This document shows positions 40,980 to 50,607 of a stretch of DNA of 64,000 bases, in pieces. How positions within the stretch are numbered: position 1 is the first letter of the stretch; each line of letters begins with the position of its first letter. Origin of the DNA: Candidatus Dojkabacteria bacterium HGW-Dojkabacteria-1 (GTDB lineage Bacteria > Patescibacteriota > Dojkabacteria > SC72); assembly GCA_002840365.1 (NCBI GenBank), contig PHAO01000001.1, positions 85,101 through 149,100 of the forward strand, written 5' to 3'. Below the pieces are notes generated by a model. It worked only from the letters and a program-made list of their open reading frames with translations, did not search any database and was not told the origin of the DNA. The position numbers and the translations under genes are program-made.

Positions 40980-41774
40980 TTAATACCTTTCTGCTACTAC
41001 AACTAATCTTTTTGTTCCTACTCCCAGTGGCCAGCAGGTCATCATTGTTAAGGTTTCTTTGTCCCCTTGGGTTTTTAAGATAGAGAAATCATCAGCAGAG
41101 ACTATTTTTTTGTTTCTAACAACATACTGAATTTCCTCTGTACCTTTCTTTACTCTTACGTTGTCTCCAATATCAACACTTTCTAATCTTGTGAAGATAG
41201 TTTCTGGAAGGTTTGAATGCCTATTAAAGAAACTCAAAACTGCACTATGTCCATATACAAAGGAATTTCCGCCATCTCCAGGAAGAGGGGTTCCTTTGAA
41301 ATGTGCTAAGCCATATTTCAGATATTGGTTATATATCTTCTCATCAGAGCTTTCTACATTAGGAGTTATCCTTATCCCTTGTATATCTACAGAATCAATA
41401 TCCATGTACATATTCTCACGATATTCTTTGTTGACAATAATGGGTTTGTTAGATTTGGTTCTAGGATCATATGTAAATACTCCTTGATATTGTAAATTTT
41501 CTGCAGAACTAAACAGATTCTCAAAATAGCTTTTACCTGGATCATAGTATGCAAATTCATCTGCAATATACTGCTTGTACGATTCGGGAAAGGGATCTTT
41601 CATAAGTCTTTGTTTTAATTCTTCAAATTCACCTTGGATATATGATTTACTAAGAGGGAAGACTTGGCTAGTAATTACAATGATTCCAAAAATTGCTAAT
41701 ACCCATGCTAATGTTTGTTTTATTCTCTTTATCTTTCTCTCATCTTGAACGGAGATTTTCATATTGTTATCCAT
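40980..41774 (-). CDS. Sortase-family transpeptidase
   Basis: N-terminal TM; FVYGHSA (His); LTMMTCWP (TLxTC Cys motif); KRLVVV (Arg). Confidence 0.65.
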   Translation of the reverse strand: MDNNMKISVQDERKIKRIKQTLAWVLAIFGIIVITSQVFPLSKSYIQGEFEELKQRLMKDPFPESYKQYIADEFAYYDPGKSYFENLFSSAENLQYQGVFTYDPRTKSNKPIIVNKEYRENMYMDIDSVDIQGIRITPNVESSDEKIYNQYLKYGLAHFKGTPLPGDGGNSFVYGHSAVLSFFNRHSNLPETIFTRLESVDIGDNVRVKKGTEEIQYVVRNKKIVSADDFSILKTQGDKETLTMMTCWPLGVGTKRLVVVAERY

Positions 41775-41812
41775 ATCAATATACTATCAATTAAATATTT
41801 TCATGTCATTTC

Positions 41813-41839
41813 TTGGCACTCCGGCGGAATGTTTGCTAG
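41813..41839 (+). promoter_or_regulatory. Degenerate CIRCE-like inverted repeat upstream of dnaJ
   Basis: TTGGCACTC-N9-GTTTGCTAG ends 10 nt before the dnaJ ATG. It shares the TTTGCTA right half with the groES CIRCE. Confidence 0.5.
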
Positions 41840-41849
41840 AATTGTACCT

Positions 41850-42938
41850 ATGAGTAAAAGAGATTACTATGAAATTCTTGGAATTTCAAAAGATGCAAAA
41901 AAGGAAGAGATAAAGAAGGCATATCGTAAGCTTGTTAAAAAACATCACCCTGATGTAAACAAAGAACAAGGAGCTGATGAAAAATTTAAAGAAATACAAG
42001 AAGCATACGAAGTTCTTTCTGATGAATCAAAAAGAAAGGCATATGACCAGTATGGACATGCTGGTACTGAAGGATTTAATCCTGGAAGTGGTTTTAATGG
42101 ATACAGTACATATGGTGGTGCTCCATTTGATATGGGAGATATTTTTAACTCTTTCTTCGGTGGAGACATGGGTGGATTTGGATTTGATTTTGGACAGAGG
42201 CAATCTTCAAGAGCTAACTTAGGGGAGGATTTAAGATATAGGATAAAGATGTCTTTCATGGAAGCTATGAAGGGTGGAGAATATGAGGTAAAGATTAAGA
42301 GAAATGTTAGATGTGAGAAGTGTAAGGGCTCGGGGAGTGAAACAGGTGAGAGGAAGACATGCTCTGTATGTAATGGTTCTGGTAGAGAAAGAAGGGTACA
42401 AAACAGTTTCCTAGGTCAAATTGCAGTTATGACGAACTGTTCTAAATGTGGTGGTAGTGGAACAATCCCAGAAAAATTATGTTCAAAATGTGATGGTATT
42501 GGAGTAGAATCTTCTACAGAGAATGTAAAGATCAGGGTTCCTAAAGGGGCATATGATGGAATGATATTAAGGTTTAGAGAGGGAGGTAATGCTGGTGTAA
42601 GTGGTGGAACCTTTGGAGATTTGTATATTGAAATAGAGGTAGAACCATCTAATAGGTTTGATAGGAGAGGAAATGATTTGTATTCAATTGAGAGTATCCC
42701 AGTGCATACAGCAGTTTTAGGTGGTAATATTCAAGTTCAAACAATTGAGGGAGATGTTAAATTAAAGATTCCAAAAGGAACTCAGTCGGGTACGGTGTTT
42801 AGAATAAAGGGAGAGGGTGCTCCTGTACTTGGAAAGGAGAATTCTAAGGGTGATTTATACATTCGTATAGATGTTAAGATACCAGATAAGCTGAGTAGGA
42901 AAGAAAAGGAGCTTTGGGAGGAATTAAGTAATATGTAA
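41850..42938 (+). CDS. dnaJ: Chaperone DnaJ
   Basis: J-domain [16 protein letters not shown]…HPD; Gly/Phe-rich region; four CxxCxGxG zinc-finger repeats. The ORF-track start at 41715 lies upstream of the CIRCE-like site and is unlikely. Confidence 0.92.
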   Translation: MSKRDYYEILGISKDAKKEEIKKAYRKLVKKHHPDVNKEQGADEKFKEIQEAYEVLSDESKRKAYDQYGHAGTEGFNPGSGFNGYSTYGGAPFDMGDIFNSFFGGDMGGFGFDFGQRQSSRANLGEDLRYRIKMSFMEAMKGGEYEVKIKRNVRCEKCKGSGSETGERKTCSVCNGSGRERRVQNSFLGQIAVMTNCSKCGGSGTIPEKLCSKCDGIGVESSTENVKIRVPKGAYDGMILRFREGGNAGVSGGTFGDLYIEIEVEPSNRFDRRGNDLYSIESIPVHTAVLGGNIQVQTIEGDVKLKIPKGTQSGTVFRIKGEGAPVLGKENSKGDLYIRIDVKIPDKLSRKEKELWEELSNM

Positions 42939-42992
42939 GGTTTACAAACTTCAATTATTCTGATATTATCAACATAGAAGTTATACAGAGAG

Positions 42993-43022
42993 GGTGGGGC
43001 GAAGGTCTCACCTTTTTTTTAG
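42993..43022 (+). terminator. Rho-independent terminator after dnaJ
   Basis: GGTGGGG-cgaagg-TCTCACC hairpin (with G·U pairs) followed by a T8 run. Confidence 0.65.
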
Positions 43023-43034
43023 TAAATATTTTAT

Positions 43035-44198
43035 TTGTTTTTCATTTTTAAAATGGCAATGACTTCAGAATTAGTAGCAGCTATTAATCAAATTGCTGCA
43101 GAAAGAGGAATAGATAAAGAAGAGGTTTTTAAGGCCTTGGAATCTGCAATTTTAAGTGCAGTAAAGAAAGAAAAATATGGAAGGATAGATAAGGAGTATG
43201 TAGAAGAAGAAATAGATGAGAAATTAGGTGCAAACCTTTTCGCAGAAGTAGACAGGGAAACAGGAGAGTTTAAACTCTTTGCTTCAAAGACTGTTGTAAA
43301 GAAAGTAAAAGACGTTGAAACTGAAATTGCTTTAAGTGAAGCAGAATTAATTTCTCCAAATGTTGAGATTGGAGACTCTGTACAAATAGAGATGCCTTCT
43401 GATGATTTAGGTAGAATTGCAACTCAAACTGCAAAACAAGTATTACTACAAAAGATTAGAGAATCCGAAAAAGATGCTGTGATAAGTGAATTCAGTGATA
43501 AGGTTGGTGAGGTATATACTGCATTAATGCAGAGAATGCAAAAGGGTGTTGCTGTTATGGAAATAGGTAAAGCAACAGCATTTATGCCACAAGAGGAGCA
43601 AATATCAAATGAGTTTTACAGAGTAGGAGAAAGATACAAAGTTTTACTTAAAAGTATAGAAGATTCTCAAATTCTTGTATCCAGAGCTGATCCTAAATTT
43701 TTGATAGAACTTTTTAAATTAGAAGTACCAGAGATAGAATCTGGGGTTGTTGAAATAAAGGCAGTAGCAAGAGAAGCAGGCTCAAGAAGTAAGATAGCAG
43801 TTGTATCTCATCAAGAGGGAATAGACCCTATTGGTTCATGTGTTGGACAAAGAGGTATCCGTATTGCTAATGTTATGAATGAGTTAGGTGAGGAAAAGAT
43901 TGACATTATAGAATGGGATGAGGATTTAGAAAGATTTGTAGCAAATGCACTCAGTCCTGCAAAAGTAGATTCAGTAAAAATTTCCGGGGATACTGCAACT
44001 GTAGAATGTCCTTCCGACCAGCTCTCATTAGCTATTGGTAGAGATGGACAAAATGTAAGATTAGCTTGGAAATTAACAGAGATAAAGATTGATATTGTAG
44101 GTGTTGGAGGTGAAGAGGTTGAAAAAAAAGAGGATGCAGTAGAAGAATATGCAGAAAAAACAGAGGAAGAAGTTATTGAGCAAACTTCTAAAGAGTAA
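43035..44198 (+). CDS. nusA: Transcription termination/antitermination factor NusA
   Basis: N-terminal domain, S1 and two KH regions (…IDPIGSCVGQRGIRI…); acidic tail. Confidence 0.9.
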   Translation: MFFIFKMAMTSELVAAINQIAAERGIDKEEVFKALESAILSAVKKEKYGRIDKEYVEEEIDEKLGANLFAEVDRETGEFKLFASKTVVKKVKDVETEIALSEAELISPNVEIGDSVQIEMPSDDLGRIATQTAKQVLLQKIRESEKDAVISEFSDKVGEVYTALMQRMQKGVAVMEIGKATAFMPQEEQISNEFYRVGERYKVLLKSIEDSQILVSRADPKFLIELFKLEVPEIESGVVEIKAVAREAGSRSKIAVVSHQEGIDPIGSCVGQRGIRIANVMNELGEEKIDIIEWDEDLERFVANALSPAKVDSVKISGDTATVECPSDQLSLAIGRDGQNVRLAWKLTEIKIDIVGVGGEEVEKKEDAVEEYAEKTEEEVIEQTSKE

Positions 44199-44218
44199 TT
44201 AAATATTTATAAAAAAGC

Positions 44219-45775
44219 ATGACAAAAAAGATTGTAAACCAAAATACAAATGTAGGTAGAGTTCCAATTGTTACAATATTGGGTCATGTTGATCATGGAA
44301 AAACAACAATATTAGACTTTATTCGAAAGAGTAATGTACAAAGCTGTGAGGCAGGTGGTATCACTCAAAAAATTTCTGTTTTTACAATATCTTTAAGTAG
44401 TGATGAAACAAAGAAACTTACCTTTATTGATACTCCTGGTCATGAAGCTTTTGATTTAATGAGACTTCGAGGGGGAAGTATTGCTGATATAGTTATCTTA
44501 GTTGTTGCAGGAAATGATGGAGTAAAGCCACAAACTATTGAATCTATAGAGATAATTAAGAACTCAACTGCTAAACCTATTGTTGCTATCAACAAAACAG
44601 ATTTACCTGATGTAGATCTTGCAAAGATAAAAAGAGATTTAGTTAACAATGGTCTTCTTATTGAAGGTATGGGTGGAAATATTCCCGTAATCGAAGTCTC
44701 AGGTAAAACAGGAAAAGGTATACCTGAGCTTTTAGATATGATTTCTTTGGTTGTAGATGTAGAAGGGCTACAAGATAGAGGAGATTTACCAAAAGGAATT
44801 GCTGCTAAAGCCTTCGTTTTGGAATCAATAAAGGATAAATCAAGGGGAAATGTCTCTACATTAGTACTTACCTCTGGTGATTTATGTAAAGGTTCATGGC
44901 TTGGGTTTAAAACAGATGGAAAAGTAAGAATAGAAAAGGTTAAGGGAATAATCTCAGAAGAAGGAGAGAATGTATGTGACCTTTTCTGTGGTTGTGGTGG
45001 AAGGGTTATTGGTGTTTCTGAATTAATTCCAATAGGTAGTGAAGTATATATTTTAGAGAAGAGTGATGAAAAATTACTTTCTTCAATGTTTAAAGAAGAA
45101 ATTTCTGAGCAAGATACATCTCTTGCCGAGGATGACTTCTTTAGTGATCTATTTACTGAAGAGAAGAAAGATGGTGGAAAACATCTTAATGTAATACTTA
45201 AGAGTTCATCTAAGGGATCCTTAGAAGCTATAGAGAAATCACTCTCCAAATTAGTAAGAGAAGAGTATACTGTGAAGATAATTTCTTCGGGTGTAGGTGA
45301 TATCTCTTTGCAAGATGTGGAGATGGCTAAACTCTCTAAAGCTATACTTTTAGGTTTCGAGGTAGGTGTAGAGAGAGGAGTTGATGATATTGCAAGAAAG
45401 AATGGAGTATTAGTACGTAATTATTCAATTATTTACAAACTAATTGAAGAGGTAGATGAAGCATTGGATATGATTTCATCTCCTGATCAAGCTGAAGAAG
45501 AGATAGGGAATGCTTCGGTAAGAATGATAATTACACTAACAGATGGTTCTAAAGTATTAGGTTCTAGAGTAAAGGATGGAATTTTAAAGAGAGATTGTAA
45601 GTGTTACATTGTTAGAAATGATGAAATACTTGGTGAAAGTAGGATAAAATCCCTTAGAAAGAACAAAAACATTGTGTCCGAGGTAAAGCAGGGAGAAGAG
45701 TGTGGAGTGATGCTCAGTTCAGAAGTAGAAGTCACAGAAGGGGATGAATTGTATTGTTACAAGATTATTCGATAG
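44219..45775 (+). CDS. infB: Translation initiation factor IF-2, short form
   Basis: G-domain VTILGHVDHGKTTILD…DTPGHEAF… begins near the N-terminus; 518 aa. Confidence 0.92.
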   Translation: MTKKIVNQNTNVGRVPIVTILGHVDHGKTTILDFIRKSNVQSCEAGGITQKISVFTISLSSDETKKLTFIDTPGHEAFDLMRLRGGSIADIVILVVAGNDGVKPQTIESIEIIKNSTAKPIVAINKTDLPDVDLAKIKRDLVNNGLLIEGMGGNIPVIEVSGKTGKGIPELLDMISLVVDVEGLQDRGDLPKGIAAKAFVLESIKDKSRGNVSTLVLTSGDLCKGSWLGFKTDGKVRIEKVKGIISEEGENVCDLFCGCGGRVIGVSELIPIGSEVYILEKSDEKLLSSMFKEEISEQDTSLAEDDFFSDLFTEEKKDGGKHLNVILKSSSKGSLEAIEKSLSKLVREEYTVKIISSGVGDISLQDVEMAKLSKAILLGFEVGVERGVDDIARKNGVLVRNYSIIYKLIEEVDEALDMISSPDQAEEEIGNASVRMIITLTDGSKVLGSRVKDGILKRDCKCYIVRNDEILGESRIKSLRKNKNIVSEVKQGEECGVMLSSEVEVTEGDELYCYKIIR

Positions 45776-45783
45776 TCAAAAGT

Positions 45784-45812
45784 TTGACAATTAGCCTATA
45801 AGGATATAGAAT
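45784..45812 (+). promoter_or_regulatory. Consensus sigma70 promoter of rpsO
   Basis: TTGACA, 17-nt spacer, TAGAAT. Confidence 0.6.
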
Positions 45813-45874
45813 AGGCTTTGTATTGTCTCTTTTTAGTATTGTAAAAATATTTATATGGTGTTAATCTAAAATAT

Positions 45875-46138
45875 ATGTCACTAAATAAAGAAGAAAAACA
45901 GAATATAATGAAGGAATTTGCCCTCCACGAGGGTGACACAGGTTCTCCTGAAGTTCAGGTTGCAATACTAACAGAAGAAATTTCTAGATTAAGTGAACAC
46001 TTAAAGGATCATAGAAAAGATAATCACTCCAGAAGAGGATTGCTTCAAAAGGTTGGTAAGCGTAGAAGATTAATTCAATATCTTCAAACTAACGAACCAG
46101 AAAGGTACGAGATATTTTCAAAGAAAATAAAGATTTAA
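45875..46138 (+). CDS. rpsO: 30S ribosomal protein S15
   Basis: …[17 protein letters not shown]…[16 protein letters not shown]…; 87 aa. Confidence 0.95.
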   Translation: MSLNKEEKQNIMKEFALHEGDTGSPEVQVAILTEEISRLSEHLKDHRKDNHSRRGLLQKVGKRRRLIQYLQTNEPERYEIFSKKIKI

Positions 46139-46143
46139 TTGAT

Positions 46144-46170
46144 AGGCTTTTGTATAGAGCCTTTCTTTTT
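46144..46170 (+). terminator. rpsO–pnp intergenic hairpin (attenuator/terminator)
   Basis: AGGCT-N9-AGCCT stem followed by TTCTTTTT. Confidence 0.45.
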
Positions 46171-46247
46171 CCTCTCTCTCTTGATATAACTTCTAAGAAT
46201 TAAAAGGTGAAAAACCTTGTATTTTGATAATTTTAAAATTTTTATTT

Positions 46248-48371
46248 ATGCTTTTTAATCATAAAAAACACGAGTTTGAGATAGGAGGAAGAAAGTGTTC
46301 CTTTGAAACAGGAAAATTAGCACTTAGATCCGAATCTGCAATATTAGCAAGAATGGGTGATACTGTTGTAGAAGTTAATGTTAACACAGCACCCGCGAAG
46401 GGAGAATTAGATTACTTTCCTCTTTCAGTTGAATATATTGAGAGATTCTATGCATCAGGAAAGATTAGTGGTTCAAGATTTGTAAAAATAGAAAGATTTC
46501 CAAGTGATGATGCTGTTCTTAAGGCAAGGATGATAGATAGGGCTATACGTTCTAGATTTCCTGAAGATTACAGAAATGAAGTAAGTCTTGTTGTAACAGT
46601 AATGTCATACGATGAAGAAAACGATCCTGTACTTTTAGCGATAAATGCTGCTTCTGTAGCATTACTTAACTCAAGTGCACCATTTGATGGACCTGTTGCT
46701 GGAGTAAGGATGGGAATAGTTGATGGGAAAATACAACCTCTTTACAAGAGTTTAGAAGATGTAGATGAAGAGAATCAAATGAACTATGTATTAGGTGGGG
46801 ATGGAAAGGTATTTACCATGATTGATGCAGGCTGTTATGAAATCCCTGAAGAAAAGGTTTTAGAAGCTATGGAATCAAGTCTTTCTGAAATGAAAGTATG
46901 GGTGGAGAATCAAAGTAAGTTTGTAGATATGCTTGAGAAGAAAGAGAAAGAGTATACTCCTTTTGTAATAGATGAGACTCTCTTAAATGATCTTTCGGAT
47001 TTTCTTGGTGAGAAGGTATTAGAAAATCTCTTAGCAGCAGATAAAGCAAAGCATGAAAGCACAAAAGAAGAGGCTAACAAACACTTTGAAGGAAAACACT
47101 CAAAGGCGAACATAGCAGAAGCATATGACAAACTACAAAAGAAAGCTTTGAGAAAATATGTAAAAGAAAACAAAAAGAGAGTAGATGGAAGAGATTTGGA
47201 TGAAATAAGGGAGATGGCAGCAGAAGTAGATTTACTTCCTAGGGTACATGGATCTGGACTTTTCACAAGAGGAGTAACACAGGTTCTTTCAATTGCAACA
47301 CTGGGTAGTCTTAAGGATGCAAAGTTGGTAGATGATATGCTTGGAGAGAAAGAAAAGAGATATATGCACTACTACAATGATTTACCATTTGCATACGGTG
47401 AAGCAGAAAGAGTAAGACTTAATCCAAGTAGAAGAGCAGTAGGTCATGGAATGTTAGCAGAAAAAGCGTTGATACCTGTAATTCCTTCTGAATCAGAATT
47501 CCCTTATACAATTTTAGTAATGTCTGAGATTCAAGGAGAAAACGGTTCTAGCTCTATGGCATCGGCATGTGGATCGTCTCTTGCACTAATGGCAGCGGGT
47601 GTTCCAATCAAAAAGATTGTTGGTGGAATAGCATGTGGCTTAGTAACAGATGAAGATGGCTCTTTCCATGTATTAACTGATATGCAAGGAGTAGAAGATT
47701 TCTATGGAGATATGGACTTCAAGGTAACTGGTACAAGAGATGGAATTACTGCAGTACAAATGGATAACAAAATGTCAGGAATAACAATGGAAATTGTTAA
47801 AGAAACATTCGCAAAATCTAAGGTAGCAAGAGAGAAAGTTATCTCTGTAATAGAGGAAGCTATACCATCAGCAAGAGGTGAAATCTCTGAATATGCTCCT
47901 AAGGTTGCAGTGGAAAAGATTCCTGTAGACAAAATTGGTGAATTAATAGGACCAGGAGGAAAAAATATTAGAGAACTTACAGAAAGAACTGGAGCAGAGA
48001 TATCCGTAGAAGAGGATGGAACTGTAAATATATATTCTTCAGATAAAGAATCTATTGAGAGTGCAGTTAAATATATTAAGGGATTGAGCTTTGTTCCTGT
48101 TGTAGGTGAATCATATGAAGGTAAAGTAGTATCCATTATGGAATATGGTGCATTCGTAGATATTGCTCCTGGAGTATCTGGATTGGTACATGTATCTGAA
48201 ATAACAGATGAGTTTGTAAAAGATGTAAACCAGTTCCTTAAGGTAGGTGATGTTGTAAAGATAAAGATTTTGGAGAAAGATAAAATGGGGAGATTGAAAT
48301 TCAGTATTAAACAAGCAAAAGGTGATACTGAAGCAATCGCAACTGGACAAAGATTAGTAGATCCTGATTAA
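46248..48371 (+). CDS. pnp: Polynucleotide phosphorylase
   Basis: Two RNase PH domains, KH (…IGELIGPGGKNI…) and S1; likely ATG at 46248 (MLFNHKKHEFEIGGR…). Confidence 0.93.
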   Translation: MLFNHKKHEFEIGGRKCSFETGKLALRSESAILARMGDTVVEVNVNTAPAKGELDYFPLSVEYIERFYASGKISGSRFVKIERFPSDDAVLKARMIDRAIRSRFPEDYRNEVSLVVTVMSYDEENDPVLLAINAASVALLNSSAPFDGPVAGVRMGIVDGKIQPLYKSLEDVDEENQMNYVLGGDGKVFTMIDAGCYEIPEEKVLEAMESSLSEMKVWVENQSKFVDMLEKKEKEYTPFVIDETLLNDLSDFLGEKVLENLLAADKAKHESTKEEANKHFEGKHSKANIAEAYDKLQKKALRKYVKENKKRVDGRDLDEIREMAAEVDLLPRVHGSGLFTRGVTQVLSIATLGSLKDAKLVDDMLGEKEKRYMHYYNDLPFAYGEAERVRLNPSRRAVGHGMLAEKALIPVIPSESEFPYTILVMSEIQGENGSSSMASACGSSLALMAAGVPIKKIVGGIACGLVTDEDGSFHVLTDMQGVEDFYGDMDFKVTGTRDGITAVQMDNKMSGITMEIVKETFAKSKVAREKVISVIEEAIPSARGEISEYAPKVAVEKIPVDKIGELIGPGGKNIRELTERTGAEISVEEDGTVNIYSSDKESIESAVKYIKGLSFVPVVGESYEGKVVSIMEYGAFVDIAPGVSGLVHVSEITDEFVKDVNQFLKVGDVVKIKILEKDKMGRLKFSIKQAKGDTEAIATGQRLVDPD

Positions 48372-48374
48372 GGA

Positions 48375-49403
48375 TTACTCCTTAACAATCTTAGCAATAT
48401 AAAAGCCCATCATCTCTGGAGATGGAAGTATACGTATACTCTTTCTAACTGAAGGGTCATATGTATTTCCACTCCAGTGTGTTATGCCAGGTAATACTAG
48501 ATGTTTAAACTTTTTGAATCCTTCACTATTTACTAATTCGATATCAGCAACTCTTGCATTCTTGTGTTTATCAAGTAGATGAGTAACAACTCCCTCATTC
48601 TCTTCTGGTTCTAATGTACAAGTTGAGTAAACTAGAGTACCTCCAGTTTTCAATGTTTTAAATGCTGAATCGATTAATTCTTTCTGCAAAGTACTTGAAC
48701 CTTTTACCTTCTTTATACTCCAGAATCTCAAGGGTTTCATTCCTCTCATGTAAATCATCCCTTCACCACTACATGGAGCATCCAATAGCACCCTATCAAA
48801 GTAATCTGGATATTTCTTACCAAATTCTCTGCCATCACTAAGGGTTACTTTTACACTACTTGCACCGAATTGCTCTATTACATTTCTTAAAGAATTTGTT
48901 CTATTAATCTCTAATTCATTTGCAAGAATGTTGCCTCTATTCTTTACAATGTCTGCAATATGAGTAGTCTTACTACCAGGGGCAGCACACATATCCAATA
49001 TACTTTCATTAGGTTTTGGGTCTAAGACCAGAGTATCCAAAATACTAGAGAGGTTTTGGATATAAAAGAAACCCTCCCTATATTCATCTGTTTGAGAAAC
49101 TTCTGCCTTATCTTTATTGTTTACAAAATATGTATTAGGAGCCCAAGCTATTTCTTCTAATTCATAACCTTTTTTCTTAAGACTTTGATATGTCTTATCT
49201 ACACTTCCCTTTAAAGAATTCAATCTTATTGTAGTCCTTGTTCTTTGGCTGAATAGTGGTGTAACCTCTTTTTTAGGAATTCGCAAAATACTTGCAATCC
49301 TAGAAATAAAAATATCATCTTTAGTATAGAACTTTTCGGCATTATTCTCCTTAAAAGGAGCTCTCTTTCTCTTAAAGTTACTTCTTAATTTCTTACCTCT
49401 CAT
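48375..49403 (-). CDS. NOL1/NOP2/Sun-family rRNA m5C methyltransferase (RsmB/RsmF-like)
   Basis: ILDMCAAPGSKTTHIA SAM motif; DAPCSGEG; catalytic TCT…EENE region. Confidence 0.8.
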   Translation of the reverse strand: MRGKKLRSNFKRKRAPFKENNAEKFYTKDDIFISRIASILRIPKKEVTPLFSQRTRTTIRLNSLKGSVDKTYQSLKKKGYELEEIAWAPNTYFVNNKDKAEVSQTDEYREGFFYIQNLSSILDTLVLDPKPNESILDMCAAPGSKTTHIADIVKNRGNILANELEINRTNSLRNVIEQFGASSVKVTLSDGREFGKKYPDYFDRVLLDAPCSGEGMIYMRGMKPLRFWSIKKVKGSSTLQKELIDSAFKTLKTGGTLVYSTCTLEPEENEGVVTHLLDKHKNARVADIELVNSEGFKKFKHLVLPGITHWSGNTYDPSVRKSIRILPSPEMMGFYIAKIVKE

Positions 49404-50140
49404 TATATTTCTCCCCTTAAATATTTAAGTATAGTTCCAATAACTAAACCAGAAGTTTCTGTCCTTAATATATTCCCTTCTAGCTTAACAAATCTAAATC
49501 CTAAATTCTTTAAAATTTGAATATCTTTTTCTCCCCAACCTTTCTCTGGACCAATTGCAATTACAAAGGGCTTTTTAATATCTATATTCCCTAGATATTC
49601 CTTAAGATTGATTGTATCTACATTTTCCGTAGCTAAACATACCTTGTTTGTGTTCTTCTCTAATTGAAGATCTAATAACCTGATTGGTTTTTCAATAATG
49701 GTTTCTCTTTGTGTTCTAGATTGTTCCTTCGCATCCTTTACTATCTTCCTCCAAAGTCCATAATCTTTAAGAGCCTTATTCTTTGTTCTTAAAGAGTATT
49801 TACTCTCAACAGGTATTATCCTATCTATCCCTATCTCAACACTTTTTTCTACAAAGTAGTTAAATTTTGATTCGTTACTTAAAGATTGAACAATCGTTAT
49901 ACCAATATTCTCTATCCTCTCCTTTTCTCTTACTTTTTCCTTAATTTCAATCTCTACAGAGTTTTTCTGTATGTCTGTAACAATAGCATGGAAAATAGAT
50001 TCATAGTTTTCAATCTCCAATATATCTTCAATTTTAATCTTTAGGGAATTTATTGCAAAAACACTATCTTTATCTGATAGGTGAGTGATGTCTCCCTCTG
50101 TTAATTTGTGACTTACGAAAAATTTGTACATAATTCGCAA
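49403..50140 (-). CDS. rsmE: 16S rRNA m3U1498 methyltransferase RsmE
   Basis: …IAIGPEKGWGEKDIQ…LEGNILRTETSGLV… C-terminal SPOUT motifs. Confidence 0.8.
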   Translation of the reverse strand: MRIMYKFFVSHKLTEGDITHLSDKDSVFAINSLKIKIEDILEIENYESIFHAIVTDIQKNSVEIEIKEKVREKERIENIGITIVQSLSNESKFNYFVEKSVEIGIDRIIPVESKYSLRTKNKALKDYGLWRKIVKDAKEQSRTQRETIIEKPIRLLDLQLEKNTNKVCLATENVDTINLKEYLGNIDIKKPFVIAIGPEKGWGEKDIQILKNLGFRFVKLEGNILRTETSGLVIGTILKYLRGEI

Positions 50141-50245
50141 TTATACCACTTAAAATATTAAAAAGTTCCCTTTTACTATATAAACTTGACATATTATCTA
50201 AAAAATAATTAGATGTAAGTATATAAAGTTTGAAGATATGTATAT

Positions 50246-50566
50246 ATGGAAACGATTCCACCAATATATTGGATGGTGATAATAGGGGTATTAGTTGGAT
50301 TCATATGTTTTGTTTTGTACCAAGTAGCAATGCTTCTTAAAGAATCTAAGCATGCGGTTACAGATTCAAGAAAAATACTTCAAGAAGCTGTTAAGACTGT
50401 TGATATGGCAAATGCCCTATTAGCTGATGCAACAGAGATTGTAAGTACAGCCAAAAGTACTGTGAATGAAGTAAATAACGCGATAATAGGCCCTATTAGA
50501 AGAATATCTTCTCTTCTTTCTGTAGTATCTGGTTTTGCTGAGGGGTTAACCTCTAAAAGAAAGTAA
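50246..50566 (+). CDS. DUF948-like small membrane protein
   Basis: N-terminal TM plus a coiled-coil with alanine/threonine periodicity; 106 aa. Confidence 0.45.
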   Translation: METIPPIYWMVIIGVLVGFICFVLYQVAMLLKESKHAVTDSRKILQEAVKTVDMANALLADATEIVSTAKSTVNEVNNAIIGPIRRISSLLSVVSGFAEGLTSKRK

Positions 50567-50607
50567 AAATCGTTGCCATGGAGTCTTTCTCTTTGTATTA
50601 TGAATAG

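Noticed and set aside
41715-41849. ORF-track start of dnaJ at 41715
   Set aside because: The extension ([15 protein letters not shown]…) is non-conserved and would contain the CIRCE-like operator. The J-domain begins at the ATG at 41850.
44440-45249. 269-aa ORF on the minus strand
   Set aside because: It is antisense within infB. The Ser/Pro-rich composition is a reading-frame artefact.
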